Shown here one piece after another: positions 48,701 through 58,225 of a stretch of 64,000 bases of DNA. Source of the stretch: an uncultured bacterium (GTDB lineage Bacteria; Gemmatimonadota; Gemmatimonadetes; Gemmatimonadales; Gemmatimonadaceae); contig CAXBQP010000003.1 in assembly GCA_963978095.1 (NCBI GenBank), forward strand, positions 1 to 64,000. The letters are read 5' to 3'. A program made the translations under genes and the position numbers. A model generated the notes under the pieces. The model saw only the letters and a list, made by a program, of their open reading frames with translations, was not told the DNA's origin and did not search any database. Positions within the stretch are counted from its first letter, which is position 1. Each line of letters starts with the position of its first letter.

Positions 48701-50094
48701 CGCACACCACGCTGCGGGGCGACACGATCGTGGCCATTGCCACGGCCCCCGGCCGTTCGGCAGTGGCCATTGTCCGTTTGAGTGGGCCGCAGGCGGAGGC
48801 GATGGCCGCGCGGGTTGGTGTGTCCCTGCGCCGCTGCGCGCCTCGTGTGGCCACCCGAACGACACTGCATGCCTGTGATGATCCGGCGACGCCACTCGAC
48901 GACGCACTGGTGACACGGTTCCCCGCGCCTCACTCGTACACCGGTGAGACCGTCATCGAATTCGCGACGCACGGCGGGAGCATGGTCCCGGCCGCGGTGT
49001 GCGGCGCGTTGTTGCATGCCGGGGCACGCTTGGCATTGCCCGGGGAGTTCACGGAGCGGGCGGTCCTTGCCGGGAAACTCGATCTGTTGCGCGCCGAAGC
49101 CGTCGCGGACCTGATCGATGCGCGTTCGACCGCCTCACATCGCACGGCCCTGACGCAGCTGGACGGCGCCCTGTCCCGCGCGCTCGACGCCTTGCGTGCG
49201 GCCGTCATCGAACTGGACGCCCTGCTGGCCTACGACATCGATTTTCCCGAGGAGGATGGCGGGCCCGTGCCACGCGCCCGAATCTCCGTCGCGTGCGACG
49301 CCATTGTGGAACGCCTGGAGGCCCTGTTGGCCACGGTACCGGCCGCCGTGCTGGGCCGCGATGGCGTGACGGTGGTGCTCGCCGGCGCGCCGAACGTCGG
49401 CAAGTCGTCCTTGCTCAATGCGCTGGTCGGGGAGCTTCGGGTGATCGTGAGTGAGATCCCCGGCACCACCCGCGACGCCGTGGAGGTGTTGCTCGATCAT
49501 GAGCCGTGGCCGCTCCGATTGGTGGATACGGCCGGACTCCGGGAGACCCAAGACCCCGTGGAGCGGCTCGGCATCGAGGTGAGTGCGCGGTATGTGGCGG
49601 CGGCGCACGTGGTGGTGGTGTGCGGAGAGACGCCGGAGGCGCTGCGCGCGGCGGCGGCGGCGCTGCGCGCCCACACGGCGGCCCCCTTCATCGGTGCGCT
49701 CACGAAGACTGATTTAGTATCAATAAGTTACGATATAACGCCCCTGGCGCCGGATTTCGCGCGCGTCGTGGCGGTGAGCGCGCGCACCGGCGATGGACGG
49801 AGCGCGCTGCTCGCCGCGATCACCGCGGTGATGCACGCGCAGTTGGACGGACGGACGGACGGAGATGGGACGCAGACGCCGCTGCTCACGCGGGCTCGGC
49901 ATCAGTCCGCGATCACGACCGCGCGCGACGAGCTGCGCGCGTTCCGCGCGGCGTGGAGTGCGGGTGCGCTTCCGGCGCCGGTCGCGGCGTCGCACGTACG
50001 CGCGGCGGCTCACGCACTCGAGGAGCTGGTGGGGGCTGTTGATATCGAGGATGTGCTGACGAAGGTCTTCGCCAGTTTCTGCGTCGGGAAGTAG
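48697..50094 (+). CDS. mnmE: tRNA modification GTPase MnmE (TrmE)
   Basis: DTIVAIAT, SYTGE, PGEFTERA, GAPNVGKSS, PGTTRD, DTAG, FCVGK; start either GTG 48655 or CTG 48697. Confidence 0.96.
   Translation: MTHTTLRGDTIVAIATAPGRSAVAIVRLSGPQAEAMAARVGVSLRRCAPRVATRTTLHACDDPATPLDDALVTRFPAPHSYTGETVIEFATHGGSMVPAAVCGALLHAGARLALPGEFTERAVLAGKLDLLRAEAVADLIDARSTASHRTALTQLDGALSRALDALRAAVIELDALLAYDIDFPEEDGGPVPRARISVACDAIVERLEALLATVPAAVLGRDGVTVVLAGAPNVGKSSLLNALVGELRVIVSEIPGTTRDAVEVLLDHEPWPLRLVDTAGLRETQDPVERLGIEVSARYVAAAHVVVVCGETPEALRAAAAALRAHTAAPFIGALTKTDLVSISYDITPLAPDFARVVAVSARTGDGRSALLAAITAVMHAQLDGRTDGDGTQTPLLTRARHQSAITTARDELRAFRAAWSAGALPAPVAASHVRAAAHALEELVGAVDIEDVLTKVFASFCVGK
49714..49734 (+). promoter_or_regulatory. 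21-bp AT-rich motif copy inside mnmE (also matches IHF consensus)
   Basis: TTAGTATCAATAAGTTACGAT; contains TATCAA-TAAG-TTA. Confidence 0.6.
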
Positions 50095-50116
50095 CGGCTC
50101 GCCCCGCTGCGACCGA

Positions 50117-51055
50117 CTACGCCGTGCGCGCGGTCCCCTCGGCGAACGCCAACAACTCCGTCGCACTGGCCCGAAGCGCCCACGGGAGTCCTTTCTCGAG
50201 GATGGCGTTCTCGACCATGCGCGCGCCCAGGAAGTACCCGGCACGCTCGGGAATGACCAGTCGCTGCACCGTGCGGGCGTCGTCGCTCATGCCGCCGGAG
50301 AGCCAGCGGAGTCGCAGGCCGAGCCCGGCGCGCTCGAGATCGTCGGCAACGGCACGGGTCAGGACGGATTCCAGCTCGCGGATGCGCGCGTATTGTTTGC
50401 GGTGGAACCCGAAATACTCCCAAGGCGCGTGCCCCGGGCTGAACTGGCGGGCCGCCTGCACGGCCAGCCCTTCATTCACGAGATGCTCGCGGAGCGACAC
50501 CTGACGCCCGGTGTCCCAGTACGAGTATTCGCCACCCGCTTCCGCAATCGGTCGGCGCATCTCGCTGCGACTCTGGGAGGAGGTGTACCGTACCCCGTGG
50601 GCGATCTCGTGGGCAAGCCACATGGGGATGAGCTCCGGATCCAGGCCGAGTGCGTGGGTCGTCGGGTTGGCCACGGAGGTGAAGTGCTCGAGGCAGACGA
50701 AGGCGACGGCGCGTCCGTTGACCACCAGTTCGCCGGCATTCGCACCGCCGACGCCCACCATGATGAGCACGTCGATCGTGCTATCGACCTCCATCAACTC
50801 CGCGCACTGGGCTTCCGTGTCGCGCGCGATCGCATCGATGTCGGTACGCTCGAGCATCGCCAGCAGATCGCTACGGTCGGCGTTCACGGTGTCGCGCACC
50901 ACTTCGGCGAAGTGCGGTCCGCGGGGATCGACGACGTAGTTCTGCCAATAGGCTTCGAGCAGGGGACGATGATGCTCGAAGTACCGCTCGTACGCTGCTG
51001 CCCTATCCGTGCTCTGGAGGATCGCCAGAAATTCGGGCAGCAGGTTGATGATCAT
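50117..51055 (-). CDS. Putative Zn-dependent protease (DUF2268-like)
   Basis: AHEIAHG HExxH motif, downstream LVNEGLA, AGYFLG. Confidence 0.7.
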   Translation of the reverse strand: MIINLLPEFLAILQSTDRAAAYERYFEHHRPLLEAYWQNYVVDPRGPHFAEVVRDTVNADRSDLLAMLERTDIDAIARDTEAQCAELMEVDSTIDVLIMVGVGGANAGELVVNGRAVAFVCLEHFTSVANPTTHALGLDPELIPMWLAHEIAHGVRYTSSQSRSEMRRPIAEAGGEYSYWDTGRQVSLREHLVNEGLAVQAARQFSPGHAPWEYFGFHRKQYARIRELESVLTRAVADDLERAGLGLRLRWLSGGMSDDARTVQRLVIPERAGYFLGARMVENAILEKGLPWALRASATELLAFAEGTARTA

Positions 51056-51191
51056 CAGGCGTCGTCAGGGTACGAAGCGGTGGTCGGGTGCGCACACGCG
51101 CATACACAGGGGCATGCACATGGGCGCGCAAACCAAATGTACGACAACGGAATGACGCGTGTCAGCCTCTTGTGGCGCGCGCCGATTCGTG

Positions 51192-51848
51192 CTAGCGCGT
51201 GCCGAACAACCGGTCGCCGGCGTCGCCCAAGCCGGGGAGAATATAGCCGGACTCGTTCAACTCGCGATCGAGCGCTGCGCAGATGATCGGCACGTCGGGA
51301 TGCACCTCGTGTACACGGGCGACACCGGCAGGTGCTGCCACCAGGCAGAGGAACCGAATGCGTTGCGCCCCGGCGCGCTTGAGCGACGTGATCGCCGCCA
51401 CCGCGCTCCCCCCGGTGGCCAGCATCGGGTCGAGCACCAAAAAGTCGCGCTCCGCCGCGTCGGCCGGAATCTTGAAGTAGTAGTCCACCGGCTCCAGGGT
51501 CTCGTGATCGCGATACAAGCCGATATGCCCGACGCGGGCGGATGGCACCAGGCGCAGGATGCCATCAATCATGCCGAGTCCGGCGCGAAGGATCGGCACC
51601 AACGTCAACTTCTTCCCGGCGATCCGCTCTCCACGGGTCGCCTCGAGCGGCGTCTCGACCGGGGCCGGCTCGAGCGCCAGGTCGGCGGTGGCTTCGTACG
51701 CCATGAGCATGGCGATCTCGTCGACCAACTCCTTGAAAATCTTCGTCGGAGTGTTCTTGTCGCGGAGCAACGTCACCTTGTGGCGCACCAAGGGGTGTTG
51801 CACCACGGTGAGGAGGGGGGACCCGGGGCGAACAGGCGTTGTTGTCAT
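51192..51848 (-). CDS. upp: Uracil phosphoribosyltransferase
   Basis: [49 protein letters not shown]. Confidence 0.97.
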   Translation of the reverse strand: MTTTPVRPGSPLLTVVQHPLVRHKVTLLRDKNTPTKIFKELVDEIAMLMAYEATADLALEPAPVETPLEATRGERIAGKKLTLVPILRAGLGMIDGILRLVPSARVGHIGLYRDHETLEPVDYYFKIPADAAERDFLVLDPMLATGGSAVAAITSLKRAGAQRIRFLCLVAAPAGVARVHEVHPDVPIICAALDRELNESGYILPGLGDAGDRLFGTR

Positions 51849-51875
51849 GCTGCGGATACTACTATTCTTCCCTTC

Positions 51876-52052
51876 ATGAAAGAATACCAGGCCGTGATCC
51901 TGCGCCTCACCGGGCATACGCGCGAGGATGAGGACGCCCTGACCGATCTGCTCAACGAGCGGAGCCGCGGAGGGTGGGACCCGATGATGATGACGCCCGA
52001 CAACCAACGCTTGACCATCATATTCGCCCGGGCATCGAAGCCCGAGCGCTGA
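51876..52052 (+). CDS. Small protein, DUF4177-like (58 aa)
   Basis: MKEYQAV...[13 protein letters not shown]...IIFAR resembles the EY...LN..G..GW...F.R pattern. Confidence 0.6.
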   Translation: MKEYQAVILRLTGHTREDEDALTDLLNERSRGGWDPMMMTPDNQRLTIIFARASKPER

Positions 52053-52065
52053 CCCCGGAGTTCCA

Positions 52066-53460
52066 GTGCAACTCGAGTTCCATGGCGCGGCCCGCGAAGT
52101 CACCGGGTCGTGTCATATCCTGCGCGTCAACGGGCACACGATCCTGCTCGACTGCGGGTTGTTCCAGGGGAAGCGCGCGGATGTCCAGCAGAAGAACGCC
52201 CGGGTTCCCGTCGATCCGCATACGGTGTCGGCGGTGGTGCTCTCCCACGCGCACATCGACCACGCCGGACGTCTCCCCTTCCTCGTGCGTGAAGGCTACC
52301 GCGGCCCGATCCACGCGACGACGGCCACCCGCGACTTGTGCGAGGTGATGCTCGCCGACGCGGCGCATATCCAGGAGAAGGATGCGGAGTTCCTGGCGCG
52401 GCGGAAGAAACAGCACGCCGATCCGCTGTACGGGCAGAAGGATGTGGTGCGCACGCTGGAGTTGATGCAGGGCACGCGCTACGGGCGCGTTGTGGATATC
52501 GTCCCCGGCGTCACTGCGACGTTCCTGGACGCCGGTCATATCCTCGGCTCCGCTTCGATCCTGCTGGAGTGCACGGAGGGAGGACGCACGGTGCGACTGG
52601 CCTTCAGCGGTGACATCGGGCGCGTCGGACTGCCGATCATTCGCGATCCCGTGGTTCCGGAGCGTGCCGACGTGGTGATCATGGAGAGCACCTATGGGAA
52701 CCGGGATCACCCATCGTCCGCTGGTGCGATGGATGCGTTGGCCACGGTGGTGCGTGACACCGCGGCGCGAGGGGGCAAGGTCCTGATTCCGGCGTTCGCC
52801 GTGGGGCGAACGCAGGAACTCGTGTACGACCTGCACCAACTGGCGGATCAGGGAAAGATCCCGCGCGTTCCCATCGTGATCGACAGTCCATTGGCGACGA
52901 AGGCCACCGGGGTGTTCGCGAAAAACACGGCAATCTTCGATGACGCGGAGCCATTTGTCCAATCGCATCGGGACGATCCGTCCAGTCTCTTCAAATTCCC
53001 GTTATTGCGCTTCACGGAATCGGTGGAGGAGTCGATGGCGCTGGATTCGACACCGGGGCCTGCCGTGATCATTGCCGCCTCCGGGATGGCCGAGTCCGGG
53101 CGGATCCTCCATCACGTGCTGCATGGAGCATCGGAACCCAGGAACACGATCCTCGTGGTGGGATTCATGGCTGAACACACGCTGGGGCGCCGCATCGTGG
53201 ACCGGCAGCCGGTGCTCAAAGTGTACGGTGACGAGGTGCCACTGCGGGCGCAGGTTGAGGTCATCAGCGGCTACAGTGCGCACGCCGACCGGACCGAACT
53301 GCAGGCATGGATCACGACCGCGCGGGCCCGATCCTCGACGTTGCGTGATGTCTGGCTGGTGCATGGCGAGCCGGAGGCGCAGGATGTCTTTGCGGCGAGG
53401 CTCGTGCAGGATGGGTTGACGCCCCATTGTCCGACGCCCGGCACGCGGGTCACCCTGTAG
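52066..53460 (+). CDS. MBL-fold beta-CASP ribonuclease
   Basis: [48 protein letters not shown]. Confidence 0.92.
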   Translation: MQLEFHGAAREVTGSCHILRVNGHTILLDCGLFQGKRADVQQKNARVPVDPHTVSAVVLSHAHIDHAGRLPFLVREGYRGPIHATTATRDLCEVMLADAAHIQEKDAEFLARRKKQHADPLYGQKDVVRTLELMQGTRYGRVVDIVPGVTATFLDAGHILGSASILLECTEGGRTVRLAFSGDIGRVGLPIIRDPVVPERADVVIMESTYGNRDHPSSAGAMDALATVVRDTAARGGKVLIPAFAVGRTQELVYDLHQLADQGKIPRVPIVIDSPLATKATGVFAKNTAIFDDAEPFVQSHRDDPSSLFKFPLLRFTESVEESMALDSTPGPAVIIAASGMAESGRILHHVLHGASEPRNTILVVGFMAEHTLGRRIVDRQPVLKVYGDEVPLRAQVEVISGYSAHADRTELQAWITTARARSSTLRDVWLVHGEPEAQDVFAARLVQDGLTPHCPTPGTRVTL

Positions 53461-54044
53461 TGGTTCGTCGTCGGTGGGTGCGCGGGATCTTCGGGGTGTT
53501 GTTGCTCGGCTGGGTGACATCGCTTGGCGCCGTACTGGTCTGGGCGCTGGAAGATGATGCCGACCATGCCGATGTGATCATCGTGATGGGGGCCGCGCAA
53601 TATCAAGGGAAACCGTCGCCCGTCTTGCGGTCGCGGCTCGATCATGCGGTGGCCCTCTGGCAGCGCGGGCTGGCGACGCGTCTGGTGCTGACGGGCGGCT
53701 TCGGGACTGGGGACACACTGTCCGAGGCCGGCGTGTCGCGCCGCTATGTGATGTCGCGCGGCGTTCCCGACAGCGCGATCCTGCTGGAAAGTGCCGGACG
53801 GACTTCCTCGCAGAGCATGCGGTCGGCCATCGACCTGATGCGGGGGCAACGCTTGCGCACCGCCATCGTCGTCAGCGACCCGTTCCATATGCTTCGCCTG
53901 GAGATCATCGGTCGGCGCTACGGGATCGAGCCACTCACCTCTCCGGCGCTTCCCTCGCGTGCGGGGAGTCGCATCTGGAATCACTGGGGGTTTCTGTTGG
54001 CAGAGTCCATCAAGGCGCCAGTGGCGCTTGTCCTCGACTGGTAA
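53460..54044 (+). CDS. YdcF/DUF218 family protein
   Basis: N-terminal TM; VMGAA...PSPVLRSRLD, LTGG, SEA, VSDPFHMLR. Confidence 0.88.
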   Translation: MVRRRWVRGIFGVLLLGWVTSLGAVLVWALEDDADHADVIIVMGAAQYQGKPSPVLRSRLDHAVALWQRGLATRLVLTGGFGTGDTLSEAGVSRRYVMSRGVPDSAILLESAGRTSSQSMRSAIDLMRGQRLRTAIVVSDPFHMLRLEIIGRRYGIEPLTSPALPSRAGSRIWNHWGFLLAESIKAPVALVLDW

Positions 54045-54055
54045 TCCGACACACC

Positions 54056-55363
54056 ATGCGCATTCCCGTAGACTCGTACCGCTTGCCGAACGGTCTGCTG
54101 GTGACCCTCTCCGAGGATCACTCGGCGCCGATCGTCGCGGTCAACTTGTGGTACCACGTAGGGTCGGCGAACGAACGGGAGGGGCGCACGGGATTCGCCC
54201 ACTTGTTCGAACACATGCTGTTCCAGGGTTCCGCGCATGTGGGGGCCAACGAGCACTTCGAGTTGGTGCAACGCGCCGGGGGAACCCTCAATGGATCCAC
54301 ATGGCTGGATCGCACCAATTATTTCGAGACCGTGCCGTCGAATCATCTGGCAACCGCGCTCTGGCTCGAGGCGGATCGCATGGGCGCCCTCCTGCCCGCC
54401 ATGACGCAGGAGAAACTCGACACGCAGCGTGATGTGGTGAAGAACGAACGCCGTTGGTCGGTGGACAATCAGCCCTATGGGACGTGGTGGGAGCGACTGC
54501 CGGCCCTGTGTTTTCCACCGGAGCATCCCTTCCATCATTCACTGATCGGCTCGATGGAGCACTTGAGCGAGGCGAGTCTCGAGGACATCGCCGAGTTCTT
54601 CCGCACCTGGTACACGCCGGACAACGCCGTGCTGACGATCGCCGGGGATTTCGATCCCGCGGAGGCGCGCGCGCTCGTGACGCAGTACTTCGGCCCCATT
54701 CCGCGTGGCACGGCACGTCCGGCATTGCCGTCGTTCGAGGTGGCGCCGTCGTTCGGCGGGGCGCGTCGCGCGGTGTTCGAGGATGCGGTGGTGTTGCCGC
54801 GCCTCTTCCTGGCGTTTCGCTCACCGGTGTTCGGCTCAGACGGGTACTACGCCGCGAGCGTCTGCGGGGCGATCCTCGGCATGCGGCGCGGGAGCCGACT
54901 CTACCGCGCACTCGTGAGGGAGCAGGAGATCGCGCAGGAGGTGTCGGCGTTCACCTATGATTTGAGCAAGGGGAGCGATCTGCTGGTGATCGATGCGATG
55001 GCGCGCCCGGGTGTCACGCTCGAGCGGCTCGAAGCGGCCGTGGGGGCGGAAGTCGACCGGTTGCATCGTGAGGGCGTGACGGCCGACGAACACACGCGCG
55101 CGCTGGCGCTGATCGAGACCGACCTGATCAGCGCGTTGCAGTCGGCCGGGGAGCGCGCCGACAAATTGTCGCAATTTGCTACTTATTTTGGCGATGCCGC
55201 GTTGCTCAACGACCAGATCGACCACTACCGCGCCGTGACCGTGGAGCAGGTGACGGCGTTCGCGCGCGCACACCTGGGCGCGGCCAATCGGGCCTCGCTC
55301 GTGTATGTCCCGCGTGCGGCCCGAGCGGATGCGGCGGCCGGCCCCGCGGAGGTGCGCGCATGA
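54056..55363 (+). CDS. M16 family Zn peptidase, catalytic subunit
   Basis: GFAHLFEHMLF HxxEH motif, NGST..DRTNYFE, VKNERR, YTPDNA. Confidence 0.94.
   Translation: MRIPVDSYRLPNGLLVTLSEDHSAPIVAVNLWYHVGSANEREGRTGFAHLFEHMLFQGSAHVGANEHFELVQRAGGTLNGSTWLDRTNYFETVPSNHLATALWLEADRMGALLPAMTQEKLDTQRDVVKNERRWSVDNQPYGTWWERLPALCFPPEHPFHHSLIGSMEHLSEASLEDIAEFFRTWYTPDNAVLTIAGDFDPAEARALVTQYFGPIPRGTARPALPSFEVAPSFGGARRAVFEDAVVLPRLFLAFRSPVFGSDGYYAASVCGAILGMRRGSRLYRALVREQEIAQEVSAFTYDLSKGSDLLVIDAMARPGVTLERLEAAVGAEVDRLHREGVTADEHTRALALIETDLISALQSAGERADKLSQFATYFGDAALLNDQIDHYRAVTVEQVTAFARAHLGAANRASLVYVPRAARADAAAGPAEVRA
55165..55185 (-). promoter_or_regulatory. 21-bp AT-rich motif copy inside the M16 peptidase gene
   Basis: Reverse strand TAAGTAGCAAATTGCGACAAT; coding strand uses AAA TTG TCG CAA TTT GCT ACT TAT TTT. 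Confidence 0.6.
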
Positions 55364-56745
55364 GCATGGACACGCGTCCGACGGCGGGCCCGGGCCGCCC
55401 GTGGGAGTTCCCGGCCGTGCATCACGCGACGCTGGCGAACGGACTGCGCGTCTCCGTCGCGCCGATGCATCGTCTCCCCATGGTGACGGTGTTGGCGTTG
55501 GTGGATGCCGGTGCCACACGGGACGAGCCGGGACACGAGGGGGTGGCCCTCCTCACCGCTTCAGCGCTCACCGAGGGCACCGCCCGGCTCGATGGTGCGT
55601 CGCTGACCGACCAGTGCGAACGTCTGGGAGCGAGCATCGACACCGGCGCGGATTGGGACAGCTGCATCACTCATGTTGCGGTCACGCCGGATCGCCTCGA
55701 ACCGGCCATGGCGTTGCTGGGCGAGGTGCTCGTCTCCCCCGGCTTCCGCGGGCGCGATGTGGAACGGCTCAAGGAGGAGCGTCTCGCGGATCTCCTGCAA
55801 CAGCGGGTGGAGCCCCGCGGTCTCGCGGCGGAACAGTTCCGAGAGTTCCTGTATGTGGACGGCTCGCGGTATCGCGTGTCGGCAGGGGGATCGCCAACCA
55901 CGGTGCGGGGGCTCACGCCCGACCTGGTGCACGCGTTCCATGCCGCGCATGTGGTGCCGAGTCGCATGAGGATCGTGCTTGCCGGTGATGTGACCCCTGA
56001 GCGCGCGGTGGCGTTGGTGGAGCGCACGCTGGGCTCGTGGCGTGGCAGTGATGCGGCGTCCGGCGCCCCACCGGCGACAGTTGATGACCGGACCGTGGCC
56101 GGTGGCCGGCGCGTGCGCGTGGTGCACAAGGCTGATGCGCCGCAGTCAGAGCTCCGGATCGGGCATCGCGGACTTCCGCGTCGGCATCCGGACTTCTTCG
56201 ATGTCGTCGTGATGAATGCCCTCTTGGGGGGGCTGTTCTCGTCGCGCATCAACTTGAATCTCCGCGAGGCGCACGCGTACACCTACGGAGCCAACTCCAT
56301 GTTCGATTGGCGCTGCGGCGCGGGACCGTTCGTGGTGTCGACCGCGGTGAAGACGGAAGTGACCGACGCGGCGGTACGTGAGATTCTGCTGGAGATCGAC
56401 CGCATGCGCCATGAGACGGTCGGCGTCGATGAGCTCTCGCTCGCCACCGCGTACCTGGATGGTGTCTTCCCGATTCGATACGAGACCACGACCGCCGTGG
56501 CGCAGGCGATCGCGACCGCGGCCACGTACGGGTTGCCGGACGACTACTACACGACGTATCGCGAGCATGTCCGTGGCGTGACGGCGGCGTCGGTGCGTCG
56601 CGCGGCCGAACAGCATTTGCATCCCGAGGAGTTGCTGGTGCTCGCGGTCGGTGACCGCGAGGCGATCCGTGCGCCGCTGGAGGCCTTGGGAATCGGCCCG
56701 TTGGATGTCGTCGTGCCCGACGACGAGTCGACGGAGGGGGGCTGA
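55360..56745 (+). CDS. M16 family peptidase, non-catalytic partner subunit
   Basis: Lacks HxxEH; has LGGLFSSRINLNLREAHAYTY (R/Y) motif; ATGA overlap with partner. Confidence 0.9.
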   Translation: MSMDTRPTAGPGRPWEFPAVHHATLANGLRVSVAPMHRLPMVTVLALVDAGATRDEPGHEGVALLTASALTEGTARLDGASLTDQCERLGASIDTGADWDSCITHVAVTPDRLEPAMALLGEVLVSPGFRGRDVERLKEERLADLLQQRVEPRGLAAEQFREFLYVDGSRYRVSAGGSPTTVRGLTPDLVHAFHAAHVVPSRMRIVLAGDVTPERAVALVERTLGSWRGSDAASGAPPATVDDRTVAGGRRVRVVHKADAPQSELRIGHRGLPRRHPDFFDVVVMNALLGGLFSSRINLNLREAHAYTYGANSMFDWRCGAGPFVVSTAVKTEVTDAAVREILLEIDRMRHETVGVDELSLATAYLDGVFPIRYETTTAVAQAIATAATYGLPDDYYTTYREHVRGVTAASVRRAAEQHLHPEELLVLAVGDREAIRAPLEALGIGPLDVVVPDDESTEGG

Positions 56746-57344
56746 TGGGTGGGGAGAAATCACGTCTCGTGAGCGGTCCGACGGAGGGCGTTGCCGCGGA
56801 GCCCGGGAAGGTGTCGAGTCGGCATGTGCACACGGGGCGGGTCATCTCGCTGGACGTCGACCAGGTGCGACTCCCGGATGGCAGTGTGCGGGAGATGGAC
56901 ATGATCCATCACTCCGGTGCCGCCGCCGTGGTGCCGTTTCTCAGCGATCCCGATGGGGACGACCCGCAGATCCTGCTGATCCGGCAGTATCGCTATGCGG
57001 CCGGCGGGTATCTATGGGAAATCCCCGCAGGCCGGCTCGACGCCGGCGAGGCACCGATCGCCTGCGCACACCGGGAGCTGCGCGAGGAAACCGGTTGTAC
57101 CGCCACGACCATGATCCCGCTGACCGGCTTTCTGACCACCCCAGGATTCACGGACGAGAAGATTCACCTCTTCATGGCCACGGGGTTGAGCGTGGGAGAA
57201 TCGGCGCGCGAGGTGGACGAGTTCATCGAGGTGGCGGCAAAGCCCCTGTCCGAGGTCCTGCAGATGATCGAGCGAGGGGAGATTATTGATGCGAAAACGT
57301 TGGTAGCGGTTCTCTTTGCTGCGGGGTTCCGGCTCGGGCGGTAG
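56745..57344 (+). CDS. NUDIX hydrolase (ADP-ribose pyrophosphatase-like)
   Basis: RQYRY, EIPAG.....E....CAHRELREETG Nudix box, TPGFTDE. Confidence 0.92.
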   Translation: MGGEKSRLVSGPTEGVAAEPGKVSSRHVHTGRVISLDVDQVRLPDGSVREMDMIHHSGAAAVVPFLSDPDGDDPQILLIRQYRYAAGGYLWEIPAGRLDAGEAPIACAHRELREETGCTATTMIPLTGFLTTPGFTDEKIHLFMATGLSVGESAREVDEFIEVAAKPLSEVLQMIERGEIIDAKTLVAVLFAAGFRLGR

Positions 57345-57376
57345 GGCGTCGATCTGCGCGCCGGGAGGAGGGTGAC

Positions 57377-57402
57377 GGGGTGTCCTAAAATTAGGACACC
57401 CC
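57377..57402. promoter_or_regulatory. Perfect 12-bp inverted repeat: enhancer-like UAS and/or terminator
   Basis: GGGGTGTCCTAA-aa-TTAGGACACCCC (core TGT-N12-ACA), about 90 bp upstream of a sigma54 motif; followed by a T-rich tract. Confidence 0.6.
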
Positions 57403-57455
57403 ATTCTTGTTTCTTGGACGATTCCCTCAAATCTCCTAAAATGTAAATCATTGTA

Positions 57456-57468
57456 AATCAATATCTTA
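57456..57468 (+). promoter_or_regulatory. IHF consensus site
   Basis: AATCAA-TATC-TTA matches WATCAA-N4-TTR; lies between the inverted repeat and the -24/-12 motif. Confidence 0.65.
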
Positions 57469-57483
57469 CAACATTTTTTCCTG

Positions 57484-57499
57484 TGGCACGGCAAATGCT
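57484..57499 (+). promoter_or_regulatory. Sigma54 (-24/-12) promoter
   Basis: TGGCACG-GCAA-ATGCT with exact GG-N10-GC spacing; one mismatch to TGGCACG-N4-TTGCW. Confidence 0.75.
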
Positions 57500-57544
57500 T
57501 TCAGAATGACAGAAATCTTGTCCCACTCTGAGGAGTCAGTCACC

Positions 57545-58189
57545 ATGGCCCGCGCTGCCGCGCTACCGTCTGCGACTCGTTTCCAGCCCGCCTTCCGGCC
57601 GATGGTCCAACTGCAGGCGCTCTCGGATCACGATCTGGTGCAGGGCTATCTGGCCGGGGACACCCGCGCTTTCGATGCGATCGTCGAACGCTACCAGGGG
57701 CGGCTGCTGAACTTCGTCTACCGCATTGTCACGGATCGGGAACGCGCCGAGGATCTGGTGCAAGAGGTGTTCATCCGTGTGCATCGCCATTTGGCGCGTT
57801 TTGACCGGTCCAAGAAGTTCTCGACCTGGATCTACACGATCGCGTCGAATCTGGCCAAGAATGAACTGCGCAACCGCTCACGGAATCCGCTGGTGCTGTT
57901 CACCTCGATCACACAGGGGTGGGAGGACGAGGAGCGGCCGTTGGAGTTCGAAGATCCAACGGCCCGCCCGGACGACCAGTTCCGCAAGCGGCATGTACGT
58001 CAGATGGTCGAGGCCTCGGTGGCGGCCCTGCCGGAGCACCACCGGGAAGTGTTCGTGCTTCGTGAGCTCGAGGGGCGTTCGTACGAAGAGATCAGCGAGA
58101 TCACGCATTGCAACCTGGGCACGGTGAAGTCACGGTTGAACCGGGCGCGGAACTCCTTTGCGGAGATCATCGAACCATCGCTTCGTTGA
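57545..58189 (+). CDS. ECF RNA polymerase sigma factor
   Basis: GAGGAG RBS; AEDLVQEVF, FSTWIYTIASN, SYEEISE...LGTVKSRLNRAR. Confidence 0.95.
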   Translation: MARAAALPSATRFQPAFRPMVQLQALSDHDLVQGYLAGDTRAFDAIVERYQGRLLNFVYRIVTDRERAEDLVQEVFIRVHRHLARFDRSKKFSTWIYTIASNLAKNELRNRSRNPLVLFTSITQGWEDEERPLEFEDPTARPDDQFRKRHVRQMVEASVAALPEHHREVFVLRELEGRSYEEISEITHCNLGTVKSRLNRARNSFAEIIEPSLR

Positions 58190-58225
58190 GTGCAGGTGCA
58201 GGTGCAGGTGCAGGTGAAGGTGAAG
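58190..58225 (+). repeat. Hexamer tandem repeat (GTGCAG)4(GTGAAG)2
   Basis: Begins immediately after the sigma factor stop codon. Confidence 0.85.

Noticed and set aside
58190..58225. Possible CRISPR-like repeat
   Set aside because: Six-bp units with no spacers, and no cas genes in the window.
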